A stretch of DNA of 64,000 nucleotides, taken from NCBI RefSeq assembly GCF_963921235.1, contig NC_086097.1, positions 218,738,001-218,802,000 on the forward strand, written 5' to 3'. Numbering within the stretch: the stretch's first letter is position 1; every line of letters starts with the position of its first letter. The notes under the pieces are model-generated. The model searched no databases. It saw only the letters and a program-made list of their open reading frames with translations, and was not told where the DNA came from. Of the stretch, positions 1 to 14,300 are shown piece by piece. The stretch comes from Mobula hypostoma. Lineage: Eukaryota. Position numbers and translations under genes: made by a program.

Positions 1-110
1 GCATGCATTTCTCTGCTTCCACAATTTGATTCCACTAAATTTTTAGACAGTAAACTCCCAAATGCTGAACTCCAAGATAGCTGCTAGAATATTCCCATTC
101 ACATTTCTAC

Positions 111-670
111 ATGTTGGTCCATGGCCTCCTCTACAGCTACAATAAGGCCACTCTCAGTATGGAGGAGCATCACCTCATATTCTGTCTGGGTAACCTACAA
201 TCTAATCTACAGATTTCTCTAACTTCCGGCAATTTCTCCCCTACCCCTCCTCTTTTTACTATTTCTCATTCTGGTTCCTCTCTTACACCTTCTCCTCCTC
301 ACCTGCCTATCACCATCCTTTGGAGCATATCATTCTTTCCTTTCTCCCTTGGTCCACGCTCCTCTCCTATCAGATTCCTTCTTCTTCAGCTCTTTACCTT
401 TTCTACCTATCACCTCTCAGATTCTCACTTCATCTCTCTCCCCACCCAACAACCTTCCCCTCACCTGGTTTCACCTATCACCTTCTAGCTTATACGCCTT
501 CCCCTACTCCTCACCTTCTTATTCTGACTTCTTCACCCTTCCTTTCCAGCCATGATGAAGGGTTTCAGTCAATTCTTTATTTCTTTCCATGCCTGACTTG
601 CTAAGTTCCTACACCATTTTTTCCTGTATGTTACTCAGGATTTCCAGCATCTGCAGAATCTCATGTTTAT
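111..670 (+). mobile_element. Penelope-like element 3' fragment (end of GIY-YIG ORF, CT-rich UTR, degenerate hammerhead)
   Basis: HGLLY...ATLSMEEHHLIFCLGNLQ remnant. Same layout as 36540-37106. gatgaagggtttcag at about 554. Confidence 0.7.
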
Positions 671-1126
671 GATTTCCAGCTGGAATATTTCTTGGCTTTC
701 ATCAAATCTTTCTACAGTTTGCAATCTGTGGTAAAACATTACCTCACTGGGTATAGCAGAACAATTGAAAACATTGGTACCTAACAAAATCTAGCCCCTC
801 TTGGCCCCTCTGGTACGTTACAAAAGCTACAATGCATGTTTGTTGAAAAGAAAACAATAAAACAATCAGCTTCATCAGATATATTCAAAATTAAAAGGAT
901 GGGCAGAAGCAGATAGAAAGGTTCTAGGGTTAGTGATGGAAGCAGAAGCTTGGATGAGTAATTAACAGTACAGAAATGAAAAGTCAGACAGGAAATGAGA
1001 AGAATAATATTTTAATTACTAAGAATATTATATTTTAAATATGAGAAGTTGCCTTTCTTAGTATTTTCTTTTAATACTATTTCGAACAATATTTCAAACT
1101 CAGTCTTGAATATGAATGCTTGTACT

Positions 1127-1710
1127 CATAGAAACATAGACACATAGAAAATCTACAGCACAATACAGGCCCTTCGGCCCACAAAGCTGTGCCGACCATG
1201 TCCTTACCTTAGAAATTACCTAAGGTTACTCATAGTCCTCTATTTTTCTCCACGTACCTGACCAGGAGTCTTTTAAGACTCTATCGTATCCGCTTTCACC
1301 ACTGTTGCCGGCAGCCCATTCCACACACTCACCACTCTGCGTAAAAAAACTTACCCCTGACATCTCCTCTGTACCTGCTTCCAAGTACCTTAAAGCTGTG
1401 CCCTCTCGTACTAGGCATTTCAGCCCTGGGAAAAAACCTCTGACATCCACACGATCAATGCCTCTCGTCATCTTATACACCTCTATCAAGTCAGCTCTCA
1501 TCCTCCATCGCTCCAAGGAGAAAAGGCCAAGTTCACTCAACCTATTCTCATAAGGCGTGTTCCCCAATCCAGGCAACATCCTTGTAAATCTCCTCTACAC
1601 CCTTTCTATGGTTTCCACATCCTTCCTGTAGTGAGGCGACCAGAACTGAGCACAGTATTCCAAGTGGTGTCTGACAGGGTCCTATATAGCTGCAACATTA
1701 GCTCTCGGTT
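1127..1710 (-). mobile_element. CR1 LINE 3' fragment
   Basis: YENRLSELGLFSLERWRMRADLIEVYK; (catagaaa)n tail on the + strand. Confidence 0.9.
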
Positions 1711-3511
1711 GAACTCCATCTACTCTTGAGGAAATAACAGACCTCTGAATTGCTAGACCAATTAGACAGGTTATTTTTTTTCTCCAATAACCTTTGCATA
1801 TAACTGATAAACAAACCCTGTAACATTGATATCCATTTCAATGTGCGTGTTTGAGACAGCATGTTAAATTGTATATTTCTCTCAAAGGCCTGTTTTGACG
1901 GGCAAAGCAAAGAGGAAATTTAAAACAGAAACAGAAAATGCTGGAAGGAAACAATCAGCAGGTTAGGCAGCACTATTGAAAGAAAAAGTAAATTTATTCT
2001 GGTTATAATGGATATTTTTGTGAATTAATATTTATCCATCTCTGTGATGTTGCCTTTTATGGAAAATAAGCATTATTTTCAATGACAGTTCAAATAATTT
2101 CAAGGCAGTGTTGGATTTTTTTTCATACGTAGAACATGTCCTTGAGAAATACTGTTATTTTCATGACATCTTTGGAAAATAACAAGATTGGAAGTAATAA
2201 GGAGAAAACTAACTCAGCAGGGATTGCTAAGATCACTCTGTATCAGATTTTTAAAAAAACATTTTACCTGGAGAATGCTGTGGGTATTAATTTAAAGAAG
2301 AATAAAAATGTGCAATAATTTCAAGTATCATTTTCAACAACTGAAAGGTTATTTTACCAAAAGTTGCAAGAATCAGCTTTTTTCATAAAAGATTTTTTTA
2401 TTATTTCCATTGATTTGTTCACTTTACCAGGATTGTGTTGGATCTCATTGCATCATGGTTCTGTCAAGTGAATATAATGTTATTTTAGCACTGTAGCAAA
2501 TAAAGCCAAAGTTATAGTTGCTTATACAATTAGAACTTCCAATGTAAGGTCTTTTAATAACATATTCTCAGAGTATATGTCAGCAGTGATTGTGACCTAT
2601 TGAACTAAAAATGAGAGTGGTTGAACCACAGTGATAATTTACCATTTCAAAATGGAATTGCGATTAATTTGTCACGGAGTCTTTCAGAAATCAAAAAGTC
2701 CATGAATGTTTATTGATTGACAGAGAGTTCTGTTTCTTGTGTCCATAGTGTAGATGAGCAAAAATATCATGTTATGGGCCATAGGGCCTGTTTCTGTGCT
2801 GTATAACTCTTTGACACTATATCAAGCAGTTGTCACAAAGTGCAAGATTCATACCAGAATGGATATTCTATTGGGTGATGGCTTTTATCCCTCCATGCTA
2901 TAAACAATACATTTCTAAAAACAGAATTGTGATATATATGTATTGGCATGCAGAATCCATGTGAGAATGTGGAGCTATATTGTGTAAATCTGAATGTACT
3001 TGGGACATGTGCAACTTTTAACATTTATAGTGGAGAAGAATCAATCTTCTAGATGTAATTCATTTAAGTATTTCCTTTTCATACAGAGTTAAGTATTGAT
3101 TTTTTTTGTTCTTTTGTGTAAATTTAAATTATCATGGGAGGGTAAAAAATGAGAAAGGCATTTTAGAGCATTGGATTGACAGGAATGTAAGTTAAGTAAT
3201 CAAGGTTTTCAAGAACAAAATAGCATTTTAATTGTTTTCATTCATAAAACACAACTCACTGTAGAATCCAGCTATGTTTGAATTATACTTTAGTTGGTTC
3301 ATCAGTGTAATGAATTAAATTGCAGAAGAAATCATTTGCTGCCTCGATAAGTTGGCTTAGTAATTAAATTGCTAGCAAGAGTTGGGTGCAGGAAATTATC
3401 CCTGATCCCAATTTTACATAATCAGAAGTGCATCTGATGTTTGGGATCTGGAGTTACTTGATTGACACAGAAACCTATGGAAACCTATCTTGTAGCTCCA
3501 GGTAGCTCACC

Positions 3512-3648
3512 CACAAACACGAGAAAACCTGCAGATACTGGAGGTCCAAAGCAACACACACAAAATGCTAGAGAAACTCAGCAAGCCTGGCAGCACCTAT
3601 GGAAAAGAGTAAACAGTTGATGTTTCGGGTCAAGACGCCTTCTTCAGC
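3512..3648 (-). mobile_element. Penelope-derived short repeat, truncated within the hammerhead motif
   Basis: Minus strand CTGAAGA-AG...GACCC-GAAA-CATC-AACTG followed by the family tail. Homologous to 24462-24638. Confidence 0.7.
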
Positions 3649-3707
3649 TCACTTACAAAGCTGCTTGGATCCTTGGGCTATCACTAATAGAGGCAATAGG
3701 TGAACAA

Positions 3708-6700
3708 ATAAGACCATAAGATATAGGAGCAGAATTAGGCTATTTGGCCCATTGAGTCTGCTCCACGGTTTCATCATGGTTGTTCCATTTTTCCTCTAAG
3801 CGCTAATCTCATTCCTTCTTCCTGTATCCCTTCATGCCGTGACCAATCAAGAATCTGTCAACCTCTGCCTTAAAATACATAAAGACTTGGCCTCCGCAGC
3901 TCCCCTGTGGCAAAGAATTCCACAGGCTCACCTTGCTGTGGCTAAAGAAATTCCTCTTCATCTCATTCTAAAAAGATGCCCCTCTATTTTGAGTCTGTGT
4001 TTTCTGGTCTTAGATTCTCCCACATAGGAAACATCCTCTCCACATCCACTCTATCAAGGCCTTTCACCATTTGATAGGTTTCAATGAGGTCACCCCTCAT
4101 TCTTCAGAATTCTAGAGAATACGGGCCCAGAGCTATCAAACACTCTCCATATGACAAGCCATTCAAACCTGGAATCATTTTTGCAAACCTTCTTTGAGCC
4201 CTCTCCAGTTTCAGCACATCCTTTCTAAGATAAGGGGCCCAAAGCTGTTCACAATCCTCCAAGTGAAGCCTCACCAGTGTTTTATAGTCTCAAAATTATA
4301 TCCTTTTTTTTATATTCGGGTCCTGTTGAACCGAATGCTGACATTGGATTTGCTTTCCTCACCACAGACTCAACCCACAAATTGACCTTCAGGGAATCCT
4401 GCACAGGGACTCTCAAATCCCTTTGCACCTCAGAATTTTGTATTTTCTCTCCATTTAGAGAAAAGTCAGCCCTTTCATTTCTTATATCAAAGTGCATGAC
4501 CATACACTTCCCAACATTGTATCCCATCTGCCACTTCTAAAGGCTTCCTTTATCCCCACTCTTTGCCTCCTGCCAATCAGCCACTTCTTTATCCATGCTA
4601 GAATCTTTCTTGTAATACCATGGGCTCAAAGCATGTTACGTACCCTCATGTGTGGCATCTTGTCAAAGGCCTCCTGAAAATCCAAGTACACAAAATTAAC
4701 CGATCTCCTTTGCCTATCCTGCTCAATATTTCTTCAAAGAATTCCAACAGATTTGTCAGGCAAGATTTTCCCCTGAGGAAACCATGCAGACTATGGCCTA
4801 TTTTATCATGTGCCCCCAAGTGTCTCAAAACCATATCATTAGCAATCGACTCCAACATCTTCCCAACCACTGGGGTCAGACTAACTTGCCTATAATTTCC
4901 TTTCTTCGGCCTCTCTCCCTTCTTGAAGAGTGGAGTGAAACTTGCAATTTTCCAGTCTTCCAGAACAATTCCAGAATCTAGTGATTCTTGAAAGCTCATT
5001 ACCAATGCCTTCATGATCTCTTTAGCCACCTCTTTCAGAACGTGGGCTGTACACCACCTGGTCCAAGTGACATCTACCTTCAGACCTTTCAGTTTCCCAA
5101 GAACCTTCTCTCTAGTAATGATAACTTCACACACTTCATGACCCCTGACACCGGGAACTTCCACCATACTACTAGTGTCTTCCACAGTGAACACTGATGC
5201 AAAATACTTATCCAGTTTGTCTGCCATTTTGTTGTCCCCCATTACAACCACTTCAGCATTGTTTTCCAGTGGTCTAATATCTACTTTTGCCTCTCTTTTA
5301 CACTTTAGGTATTCGAAGAAAGTTTTGGTATCCTCTTTAATATTATTGGCTAGCTGACTTTTGTATTCCATCTTTTCCTTAATGACTTTTTTTTAGTTAC
5401 CTTCTGTTGGTATTTACAAGATTCCCAATCACCTAATTTTCCACTAATTTTTGCTCTATTATATACACTTTCTTTGGCTTTTATGTTGGCTTCGACTTCT
5501 CTTGTTGTGCTATGGTTGTGTCATCTTTCCTTTAGAATACTTCTTTTCTATTGGGATGTATATATCCTGTGCCTTCCAAATTCCTTCCAGAAATTCCAAC
5601 CAATGCTGTTCTGCAGTCATCCCTGCCAGTGTTCTTTTCTAAACAGTTCTGGTCAAGTCCTCTCTTATCCTTCTGTAATTCCTTTACTCCACTGTAATAC
5701 TGATGCATCCAACTTTAGCTTCTCCATCTCAAATTTCAGGGTGAATTCAATCATATTATGATCACTTGCCTCTCAGCGTTCTTTTACCTTGAGCTCTCTA
5801 ATTAATTCTGGTTCGTTGCACAACGTCCAATCCAGAATAGCTGATACTCCAGTGGGCTCAACCACAAGCTGCTCCAAAAAGCTATCTCGTAGACATTCTA
5901 GAAATTCCCCCTCTTAGAATCCCGCACCAACCTGATTTCCGAATCTACCTGCACATTGAAATCCCCCTCAACTATTGCAACATTGCCCTTTTGGCTTGCA
6001 TTTTCTGTCTCCCGTTGTAACTTGTAGACCACATCCTTACTGCTGTTTAGGAGTCTGTATACAACTCCCATCAGGATATTTTTACACTTGCAGTTCCTAG
6101 CTCTATCCACAATGATTCAACAACACCCACGTCACCTCTTTCTAACAATTTAATTTCATTTTTTACCAACGCCGCCCCCTCTGCCTTCCTGCCTGTCCTT
6201 TCATTACAATGTGTATCCTTGGACATTAAGCTCCTAGCAATAATCTCCTTTCAGCCATGATTCAGTGATGCCTACAGCATCATACTTGCCAATTTGTAAC
6301 TGCATAATAAATTCATTGACCTTATTCCATGTACTGCACACATTCAAATATAACACCTTTAGTCCTGTTATCACCTTTTGTGATTTTGTTCACCTTTTAC
6401 ATTGCAACTCCTCCTGTTGACTGCAATTTTACCCTATCATAAGCCTCTCCTTGCTAGGAGTGTCACTGCACATTGCTTCCATTTATAAACCAACTACCTC
6501 ATCTTGTGCACTATCACTCTGGTTCCCATACCCCTGCCAAATTAGTTTAAACCTCCCTAACAACCCTACTTAACCTGCCTGCAAGTCTGTTGGACCTCCT
6601 CTGGTTCAGGTGTAACCCACCCCTTTGTACAGACTCTACCCTCCCCAGAAGAGATCCTGATGATCCATAAATCCGAACCCCTGCCCCCTGCACCAGTTCC

Positions 6701-7510
6701 TCAGCCATGCACCCATCTGCTGAATGCTCCTATTCTTACCCTCACTGACGCAAGGCACAGCCATCAATCCAGAGATTACTGCCCTGGAGGTCCTGCTTTT
6801 CAGCTTTCTACCTAGCTCCCTAAAAGCTCTCTTCAGGACCTCCTCACCTTGTCTACCTATGTCATTGGTGCCAACATGTACCAAGATTTCTGGCTGCTCA
6901 CCCTTGCCCTTGAGAATGCCATGGACAAGATCAGAGACATCCCTGACCCTGGCACCCGGGAAGCAACATACCATCTGGGTGTCTATCACACCCATGGAAC
7001 CTTGCCTTTGATCTTCTAATAAAGGAATCTCCTATCAACACTGCAGTTCTCTTCACCTCTTCACCTCTTCACCTCTGTGCCCTTCTGAGCCACAGCACCA
7101 GACTCAGTCTCAAGGACCCGGTCACTGTGGCTCACCCAGTAGGTCGTCTCCCTCAATAGCATCTAAAGTTGTACACTTATTTTTGAGGGGAACGGCCACA
7201 GGCATACTCTGCCCTGGCTGTGCATTTCCCTTCCTCCTCCTCCTGACAGTCACTTCTTGAAGTACCAATTCTCAAGTACATGTCTCCTGCAACCTACTGG
7301 TGACTACCTCCCTGTAGCTCTTCTCTATCGCCTCCTTATTTGCCCATATGAACCAAAAGTTACTGATCTGCGGCTTCAGTTCCTTTCTGCATTCTTTCAG
7401 GAGCTGCAGCTCGGTGCACTCGGGGTAGATGCGTTTATCTGGGAGGCTGGCAGTCTGCGAGACTTCCCACACCTCACACACAGTACAAAACACCGCCCCT
7501 GGAGCTATTC
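3708..7510 (-). mobile_element. Near full-span decayed CR1 LINE (ORF1 Zn-finger plus SGNH esterase, ORF2 endonuclease/RT) with internal deletions
   Basis: CTVCEVWE Zn-finger (7272-7574), CFPGARVRDV..HVGTND esterase (6636-6995), GVVYR/GDFN endonuclease, NYRQVSLT..GKSCLTNLLEFF RT, (ataagacc)n tail. Confidence 0.92.
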
Positions 7511-8348
7511 TCACTACACTATGCACTAATAGATATAAAGGGGAAGTGCAGAGTCGAAATGAGAATATCGACACTAGTCTCTAGAAGATAAATTGAGAGA
7601 AATGATCCTGCACCTCACATCTGCTTACATAAGTTGTTCTGTTTTGGAAGCTTCCTATTTTGGTGGCAGCTAGCAGCAGAACATTTAAGGACAATTAATT
7701 AGTCTATATTTTGCACCTAGGATTATACAGGATGTCTCAACAAATATTAGGGACTTGAAATAGTTTAGAGTGCAAAAGGTGTGTGAAAATAGCACAGCAC
7801 GTTGAGCCCATGAAGTGGGATTTTCTTATATACTTGATGTGCAAGAAGTCATTCACACAATCATCAAGGATCCTGGACCTTCAATATGTTCATGCATAAT
7901 AAACAGATGCAAATTGAAGAACAGCATGAGATGCACTAACTACCTACGTGAAATCCCTCTTTTGAGAGAGCTCTTAATCTGGCTGTACTCCAAGAAGAAG
8001 GGATGAATTATATAAATAAAGGACGATCAGTGGATCAAACATTCCAGTAGTGACAATGGACAATGGAGGAAACTTGGTCCTCACTTATTCCCAAAAGAAA
8101 GCAAAAGACCTGACTTGAAACATCAATGCATCTTGCCATTAGTGAAATTTCCATGTCTTGCCTCAGTGGTGGACGTCCCAATGGTTGCTTGGTTTAGAAA
8201 TTCTGCTTGAATGTGAATTCTTCCTCCAGTAAGTCCTGCAGACAAGATCCATCCATGTGGTTCTGTGACATGCTCTAGCAACATGATAATTTCTGCCACC
8301 ATTAATGGGATTCTACCACCAGCAACATCTTCCCTCTTCTCCACTTTG

Positions 8349-9505
8349 ATCGTTGATAAGGTACCCCATGCAAGGCTTATTGAGAAAGTAAGGAGGCATG
8401 AGATCCAAGGGGACCTTGCTTTGTGGATCCAGAACTGGCTTGCCCACAGAAGGCAAAGAATGGTTGTAGACGGGTCATATTCTGCATGGAGGTCGGTGAC
8501 CAGTGGTGTGCCTCAGGGATCTGTTCTGGGACCCCTACTCTTCGTGATTTTTATAAATGACCTGGATGAGGAAGTGGAGGGATGAGTTAGTAAATTTGCT
8601 GATATCACAAAGGTTGAGGCTGTTGTGGATAGTGTGGAGGGCTACCAGAAGTTACAGCGGGACATTGATAGGATACAAAACTGGGCTGAGAAGTGGCAGA
8701 TGGAGTTCAACCCAGATAAGTGTGAGGTGGTTCATTTTGGTCGGTCAAATTCGATGGCAGAATATAGCATTAATGGTAAGGCTCTTGGCAGTGTGGAGGA
8801 TCAGAGCGATCTTGGGTTCTGAGTCCACAGGACACTCAAAGCTGCTACGCAGGTTGTCTTTGTGCTTAAGAAGACATACAGTGTATTGGCCTTCATCAAT
8901 TGTGGGATTGAATTTCGGAGCCGAGAGGTAATGTCGCAGCTATATAGGACCCTGGTCAGACTCCACTTGGAGTGCTGTGCTCAGTTCTGGTCGCCTCATC
9001 ACAGGAAGGATGTGGAAACCATAGAAGGAGTGCAGAGGACACTTACAAGGATGTTGCCTGGATTGGGGGGCATGCCTTAAGAGAATAGGTTGAGTGAACG
9101 CGGCCTTTTCTCCTTGGAGCAACGGAGGATGAGAGGTGACCTGATAGGGGTGTATAAGATGATGAGAGACATTGATCGTGTGGATAGTCAGAGGCTTTTT
9201 CCCAGGGCTGAAATGGCTAGCATGAGAGAGCATAGTTTTAAGGTGCTTGGAAGTAGGTACAGAGGAGATGTCAGGGGTAAGTTTTTTACACAGAGAGTGG
9301 TGAGTGCGTGAATGGGCTGCCAGCGATGGTGGTGGAGGCGGATACGATAGGGCCTTTTAGGAGACTCCTGGATAGGTATATGGAACTTAGAAAAATAGAG
9401 GGCTATTGTTAACCCTTGGTAATTTCTAAAGTAAGGACATGTTCGGCACAGCTTTGTGGGCCAAAGGGCCTGTATTGTGCTGTAGGTTTTCTATGTTTCT
9501 GTTCT
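8349..9505 (+). mobile_element. CR1 LINE 3' fragment (RT to tail)
   Basis: DKVPH...[21 protein letters not shown]; tttctatg tail. Confidence 0.92.
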
Positions 9506-9589
9506 GATAGGAGTGTTCCTTCTGTGACTCACCAATTGCCACTTACTTCTCCACCAACCACTCCCTTCTCATGACATGTTCCATTTCAA

Positions 9590-10430
9590 TAACTGGTGAT
9601 ACGGTACCTTCTCTTTCACCTTATCCTATGCCACCACCCAGGCACTCAATAGTCCTCACAAGTGAAGAAGCAATCCACTTCCGATCTAGTCTGTGGTTGT
9701 CATGATGTAGTTTTCACTGCACCAGAACAACCAAACACAGGTTGGGTCTCCACTGTACAGAACACCTCTGTTTAGTGTGCAGAGACAGCCCTGAACTTCC
9801 ACTTGTTTACCACATTAATTCTCCATCCTACTGACCTCTCTGTGGGTTCCTGCTCTTTTCCAACAAAGATGAATATAACCTTGAGGAAATCTCTGAAAAC
9901 TTTGCAGCCATTGGAACTCAGTGTTGAATGAGTGGTTTCAGATAACTTGCTTTTCTCGGGCTGGCTGGTGGCGCAATGACATCAGCGCTGCACCCGGGAG
10001 CGGAGGTTCCTGGGTTCGAAACCCACCGGGTCCGCCCCCGAGTACACTCTCCATCCGTGCTGGGTTGAGTGTCGAGATCGCAACTCGAGCTCGTAAAATA
10101 AAGGGAAAATACTGCAAAAATGTCTGTGTGGGGAGTGACGCGCCACACAGTCTCTCTCTCTCTCTCTCTCGTTCTGCGCCTTGTAAAAAGCCATGAAAAA
10201 AGACATCATCACGGACGCACGCGTGCATATGCAGACGCAGATGCACAGACGCGCATGCACGCAGGCACACACCAAAAAAAAACTTGCTTTTCTCTTTTTG
10301 TTATCTGAACTGGTGAGTTCTGATGGAAGGTTATCCATTTATATATTAACTCAGACAGTGCCCGACCTGCTAGGCATTTCTAACATTCTTCCATTAGTTT
10401 CAGGTCTCAGCAACAGCTGTAATTTGCATT
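9590..10430 (+). mobile_element. Old Penelope-like remnant interrupted by a SINE
   Basis: Degenerate similarity to GIY-YIG and tail parts of 36540-37106 on both sides of the SINE (cagaacacctctg; tgcccgacctgct). Confidence 0.45.
9958..10280 (+). mobile_element. tRNA-derived SINE with A-tail and perfect 14-bp TSD
   Basis: A box tggcgcaatg, B box ggttcgaaacc. TSD aacttgcttttctc at 9944-9957 and 10281-10294. Confidence 0.88.
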
Positions 10431-10519
10431 TCACAGATTTAATTTGTCCCTGATATTTGTTTTCCTTCTCTTCAACTATTCTCATTAATCTCTCAAACTG
10501 ACAGCTCCATCATGGTGGT

Positions 10520-10970
10520 GAGATCAATGATGCACGAGATAAGACAGGGTCACTTAGGCTTATATTCACCTGAGTGTAGAAGAATGAGAGGGGATTTCAT
10601 TGAACTACGAGATTCTGAGGGGGGTAGACAGGCCGGAAATGGGGAGAACGCTACTGACAGCTATGGAATTCAGAAGAAAAGTGAACAGCCGTATGCTGAG
10701 AGGGATGCGACTTAGAACTATGATCAAGAGAAAGTTCTCCACCTGGAGTGTGATGAACATGTGAAATTCTCAAGTGTAGAAGACAGTAGAAGCCAAGTCA
10801 GTAAATATATTTGAGAAGGAACTAGATATACTTCTTAATACGAAATGGATCAGGGGATTTTGGAAGAAGGCCGGAACAGGGCACTGAAGTAAATTATCAG
10901 TTAGAGTTGTGTTGAATGTTTGAACAGACCTGAAGGGTCAAATGGTTAATTCCTTTTTTCTATGTTTCTA
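10520..10970 (+). mobile_element. Old CR1 3' fragment
   Basis: LGLYSPECRRMRGDFIE remnant; tttctatgtttct tail. Confidence 0.75.
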
Positions 10971-11376
10971 ACCAGTAGGATTAACTTGTCAACACTGGCT
11001 TCACCCTGTCAGAAAAATTCATGTTGTATTACCTATCCCTTCCCTATTTTCTCTGCAAATCAAATCTTGTCTATTTTCTTAATTTTCCAGTTCTAACAGC
11101 AAGACTTTGATCTGAAGTAATAAATCTGTTTGTTGAAAAAGAAAATGCTTGTGACACTCAGACAGCATTCACGGAAAGACAAACAGATTTCATATTTCAG
11201 ATGTCTGTTTACAAAGAAAATGCTGGAAATCCTTAGGTAATATTCAAGGAAAGACAGATTTATCTTGTGTTCTAGGCTTAATTAAATTACTTTGAAGAAA
11301 TGTGTTCTGCTCTCATTTTATAATATAAATTAATTTTATTTTGGTGGAAGTTAGTGGCCTCTGGAATATGGTAACA

Positions 11377-14300
11377 CAAGACCATAAGACATAGGAGCAG
11401 AATTCGGCCATTCAGCCTATCGAGTCCGGTCTGCGATTTCATCATAGCCAATCCCGGATCCCATTCAACCCCATACACCTGCCCTCTCACTATATCCCTC
11501 GATGCCCCGACCAATCAGGAATCTATTAACATCCATCTTAAATATTGTATCATTTCTTAATGCATGCATTACTAAATGACAATAAAAAAGGACTGCGTGT
11601 CTTCATAATCTAATCTAATATACCCACAGACTTGGCCTCAACTGTAGTCTGTGACAGAGCTTTCTACAGATTTACCACTCTTTGGCTAAAAAAAAAAATC
11701 CTCCTTACTTCTATTCTAAAAGGTCGTCCCTCAATTTTGAGGTTGTGCCCTCTAGTTCTGGATACCCCCACCAGAGGAACATCCTCTCCACATCCACCTT
11801 ATCTACTACTTCCAACATTCGGCAGGTTTCAATGAGATCCCCGTGCATTCTTCTACATTCCAGTGAGTACCCAGCCCAAAGTTGCCAAACACTCCTCTTA
11901 TGACAACCCCTTCATTCTTGGAATCATCCTCGTGAACCTCCTCTGGACTCTCTCCAACGACAATATATTCTTTCTGCGATATGGGGCCCAAAACTGTTGA
12001 CAATACTACAAGTGCGGCCTGACCAGTGTCTTATAAAGCTTCAGCATTATCTCCTTGTTTTGATGTTCTATTCCCCTTGAAATAAATTCCAACATTGCAC
12101 TTGCCTTCTCTACCACAGATTCAATCTGTGAATTAGTCTTGCATGAGGACTCCTCAGTCTCTTTGCACCTCTGATGTTTGAATTTTCTCCCCATTTAGAT
12201 AAAAGTCTGCACTATTGTTCCTTTTACCAAAATGCATTATCATACATTTCCCTACACTGTATTCCATCTGTCACTATTTTGCCCATTCTTCCAATTTGTC
12301 TAAGTCCTGCTGCCATCGCATTGCTTCCTCAGCACTACCTACCCCTCCACCTTTCTTTGTATTGTTAGCAAACTTTGCCACAAAGCCATCAATTCCACTA
12401 TCTAAATCATTGACAAAGAATGTGAAAAGTAGCAGTCCCAATACCGATCCCTGAGGAACACCACTATAGTCACAGGCAGCCAACCAGAAAAGGCCACTTT
12501 ATTCCCACTTGCTGCTTCCTGCCTGTCAGCCATTCCCCTATCCATATTAGTATATTTCCTGTAACACCATAGGATTTTATCTTGTTAAGCAGCCTCATGT
12601 GAGGCACCTTATCAAATGCATTCTGAAAATCTAAGTAAATAACATCTACTGCCTCTTCTTTGTCCACCCTGCTTGTTATTTCTTTGAAGAACTCTAATAG
12701 ATTTGTCAGGCAAAATTTCCCTTTACAGAAACCATTCTGACTTTGACTTATTTTATCATTAATCTCCAAGTACCCCAAAATCTCATCCTTAATAATAGAC
12801 TCCAACACTTTCCCAACTGGTGAGGTTCGGCTAACTGGCCTATAATTTTCTCTCTCGTGTCTTCCTCCATTCTTAAAGAGTGGAGTGACATTTGAAATTT
12901 ACCAGTCCTCTGGGACCATGCCAGAATCATGTGATTCTTGAAAGATTGTGACCAATGCATCCATTATCTCTTCATCAACCTCTCTCAGGACTCTGAGATG
13001 TAATCCATCTGGTCCAGGTGACTTATCCATCTTACGACTTCTGAGTTTGCCTTGCAATTTTTCCTTTGAAATAGCAATGGCATGCACTCCTGCTCCCTGA
13101 CACTCACAGACCTCTGGTAGTGTATTCCACAGTGAAGACTGATGCAAAGTACCCATTAAGTTAATCTGACATTTCTTTCTCCCCCATTACTATCTCACCT
13201 ACATCATTTTCCAATGGTCTAATATCAACTCTCACCTCCCTTTTATTCTTTAACTGAAAGGAAAAACCTTCAGTATCCTGCTTTATATTATTAGCCAGTC
13301 TGCCCTCATATTTCATCTTTTCCCTTCTTATAGTTTTATTAGTTGGCTTTCGCTGGATTTTAAAAACTTCCCAATCATCCAACTTCCCAGTCATTTGAGA
13401 CCCCTGCCATTTGAGAACAACTTCTTCTGTGGGACATATCTATCATGCACCTTCTGAACTATTCCCAGAAACATCAGCCACCTCTATTCTCCATCATGCC
13501 TACCATTATCCCCGTCCAGTCCACCTGGGCAAGCTCCTCTCTCATACCTCTATAATTCCCTTTATTCCATTGTGATACTAGTACGCTTCTCCCTCTCAAA
13601 ATGCAGTATGAATTCAATCATGTTATGATCACTGCCTCCTAAGGGTTCCTTTACTTTAAGCTCCCTAATAAGATCTGGATTATTACACAACACCCAATCT
13701 AAGATAGCCTTTCCGCGAGTAGGCTCAAGCACAACCTGCTCTAAAAAGCCATCTCGTAGGCATTCAACAAACTCCGTCTCTTGTGATCCGATACCAACCT
13801 GATTTTCCCAATCCCCTTGCATATTGAAGTTCCCCATTAGAATTGTGACATGACCCTTATTACGTACCCCTTTCAGTTCCTTTGCAATCTCAACTCCACA
13901 TCTTGGCTACTATTTGGAGGCTATATGATTCCCTTAATGGTTTTTTCACCCTTGCAGTTTCTTAACTCCATCCACAAAGATTCTATGTCAACTCTTTCTA
14001 AAAATGTAATTCCATCTCTTACCAACAGAGCCACACCACCACCTTTGCCTTCCTGCCTGTCCTTTCATTACAAAGTATATCCTTTGATGTTAAATTCCCA
14101 ACTATGACCTTCCACCCACGACTCCCTGATGCCCACAACATCATACCGACCAATCCCTAATTGCTCCACGAGTTTATCCACCTTATTCTGAATGCTACGT
14201 GCATTTAAGTACAGCGCCTTCAGTCCTGTATTCTTCCCCCTTATGAATTTTGCTTCTGTGGTGCAACTTAACTCTTGGCTCTGTCTGCAGTTGTACACAA
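11377..14300 (-). mobile_element. CR1 LINE ORF2 (endonuclease plus RT), decayed
   Basis: [47 protein letters not shown]. Confidence 0.92.

Noticed and set aside
8349..8850. Segmental duplication with 63510-64000
   Set aside because: Similarity is confined to CR1 sequence and the flanks differ. These are independent insertions of one subfamily.
9958..10035. tRNA gene
   Set aside because: Has A/B boxes but continues into a SINE body with A-tail and TSD. No convincing cloverleaf.
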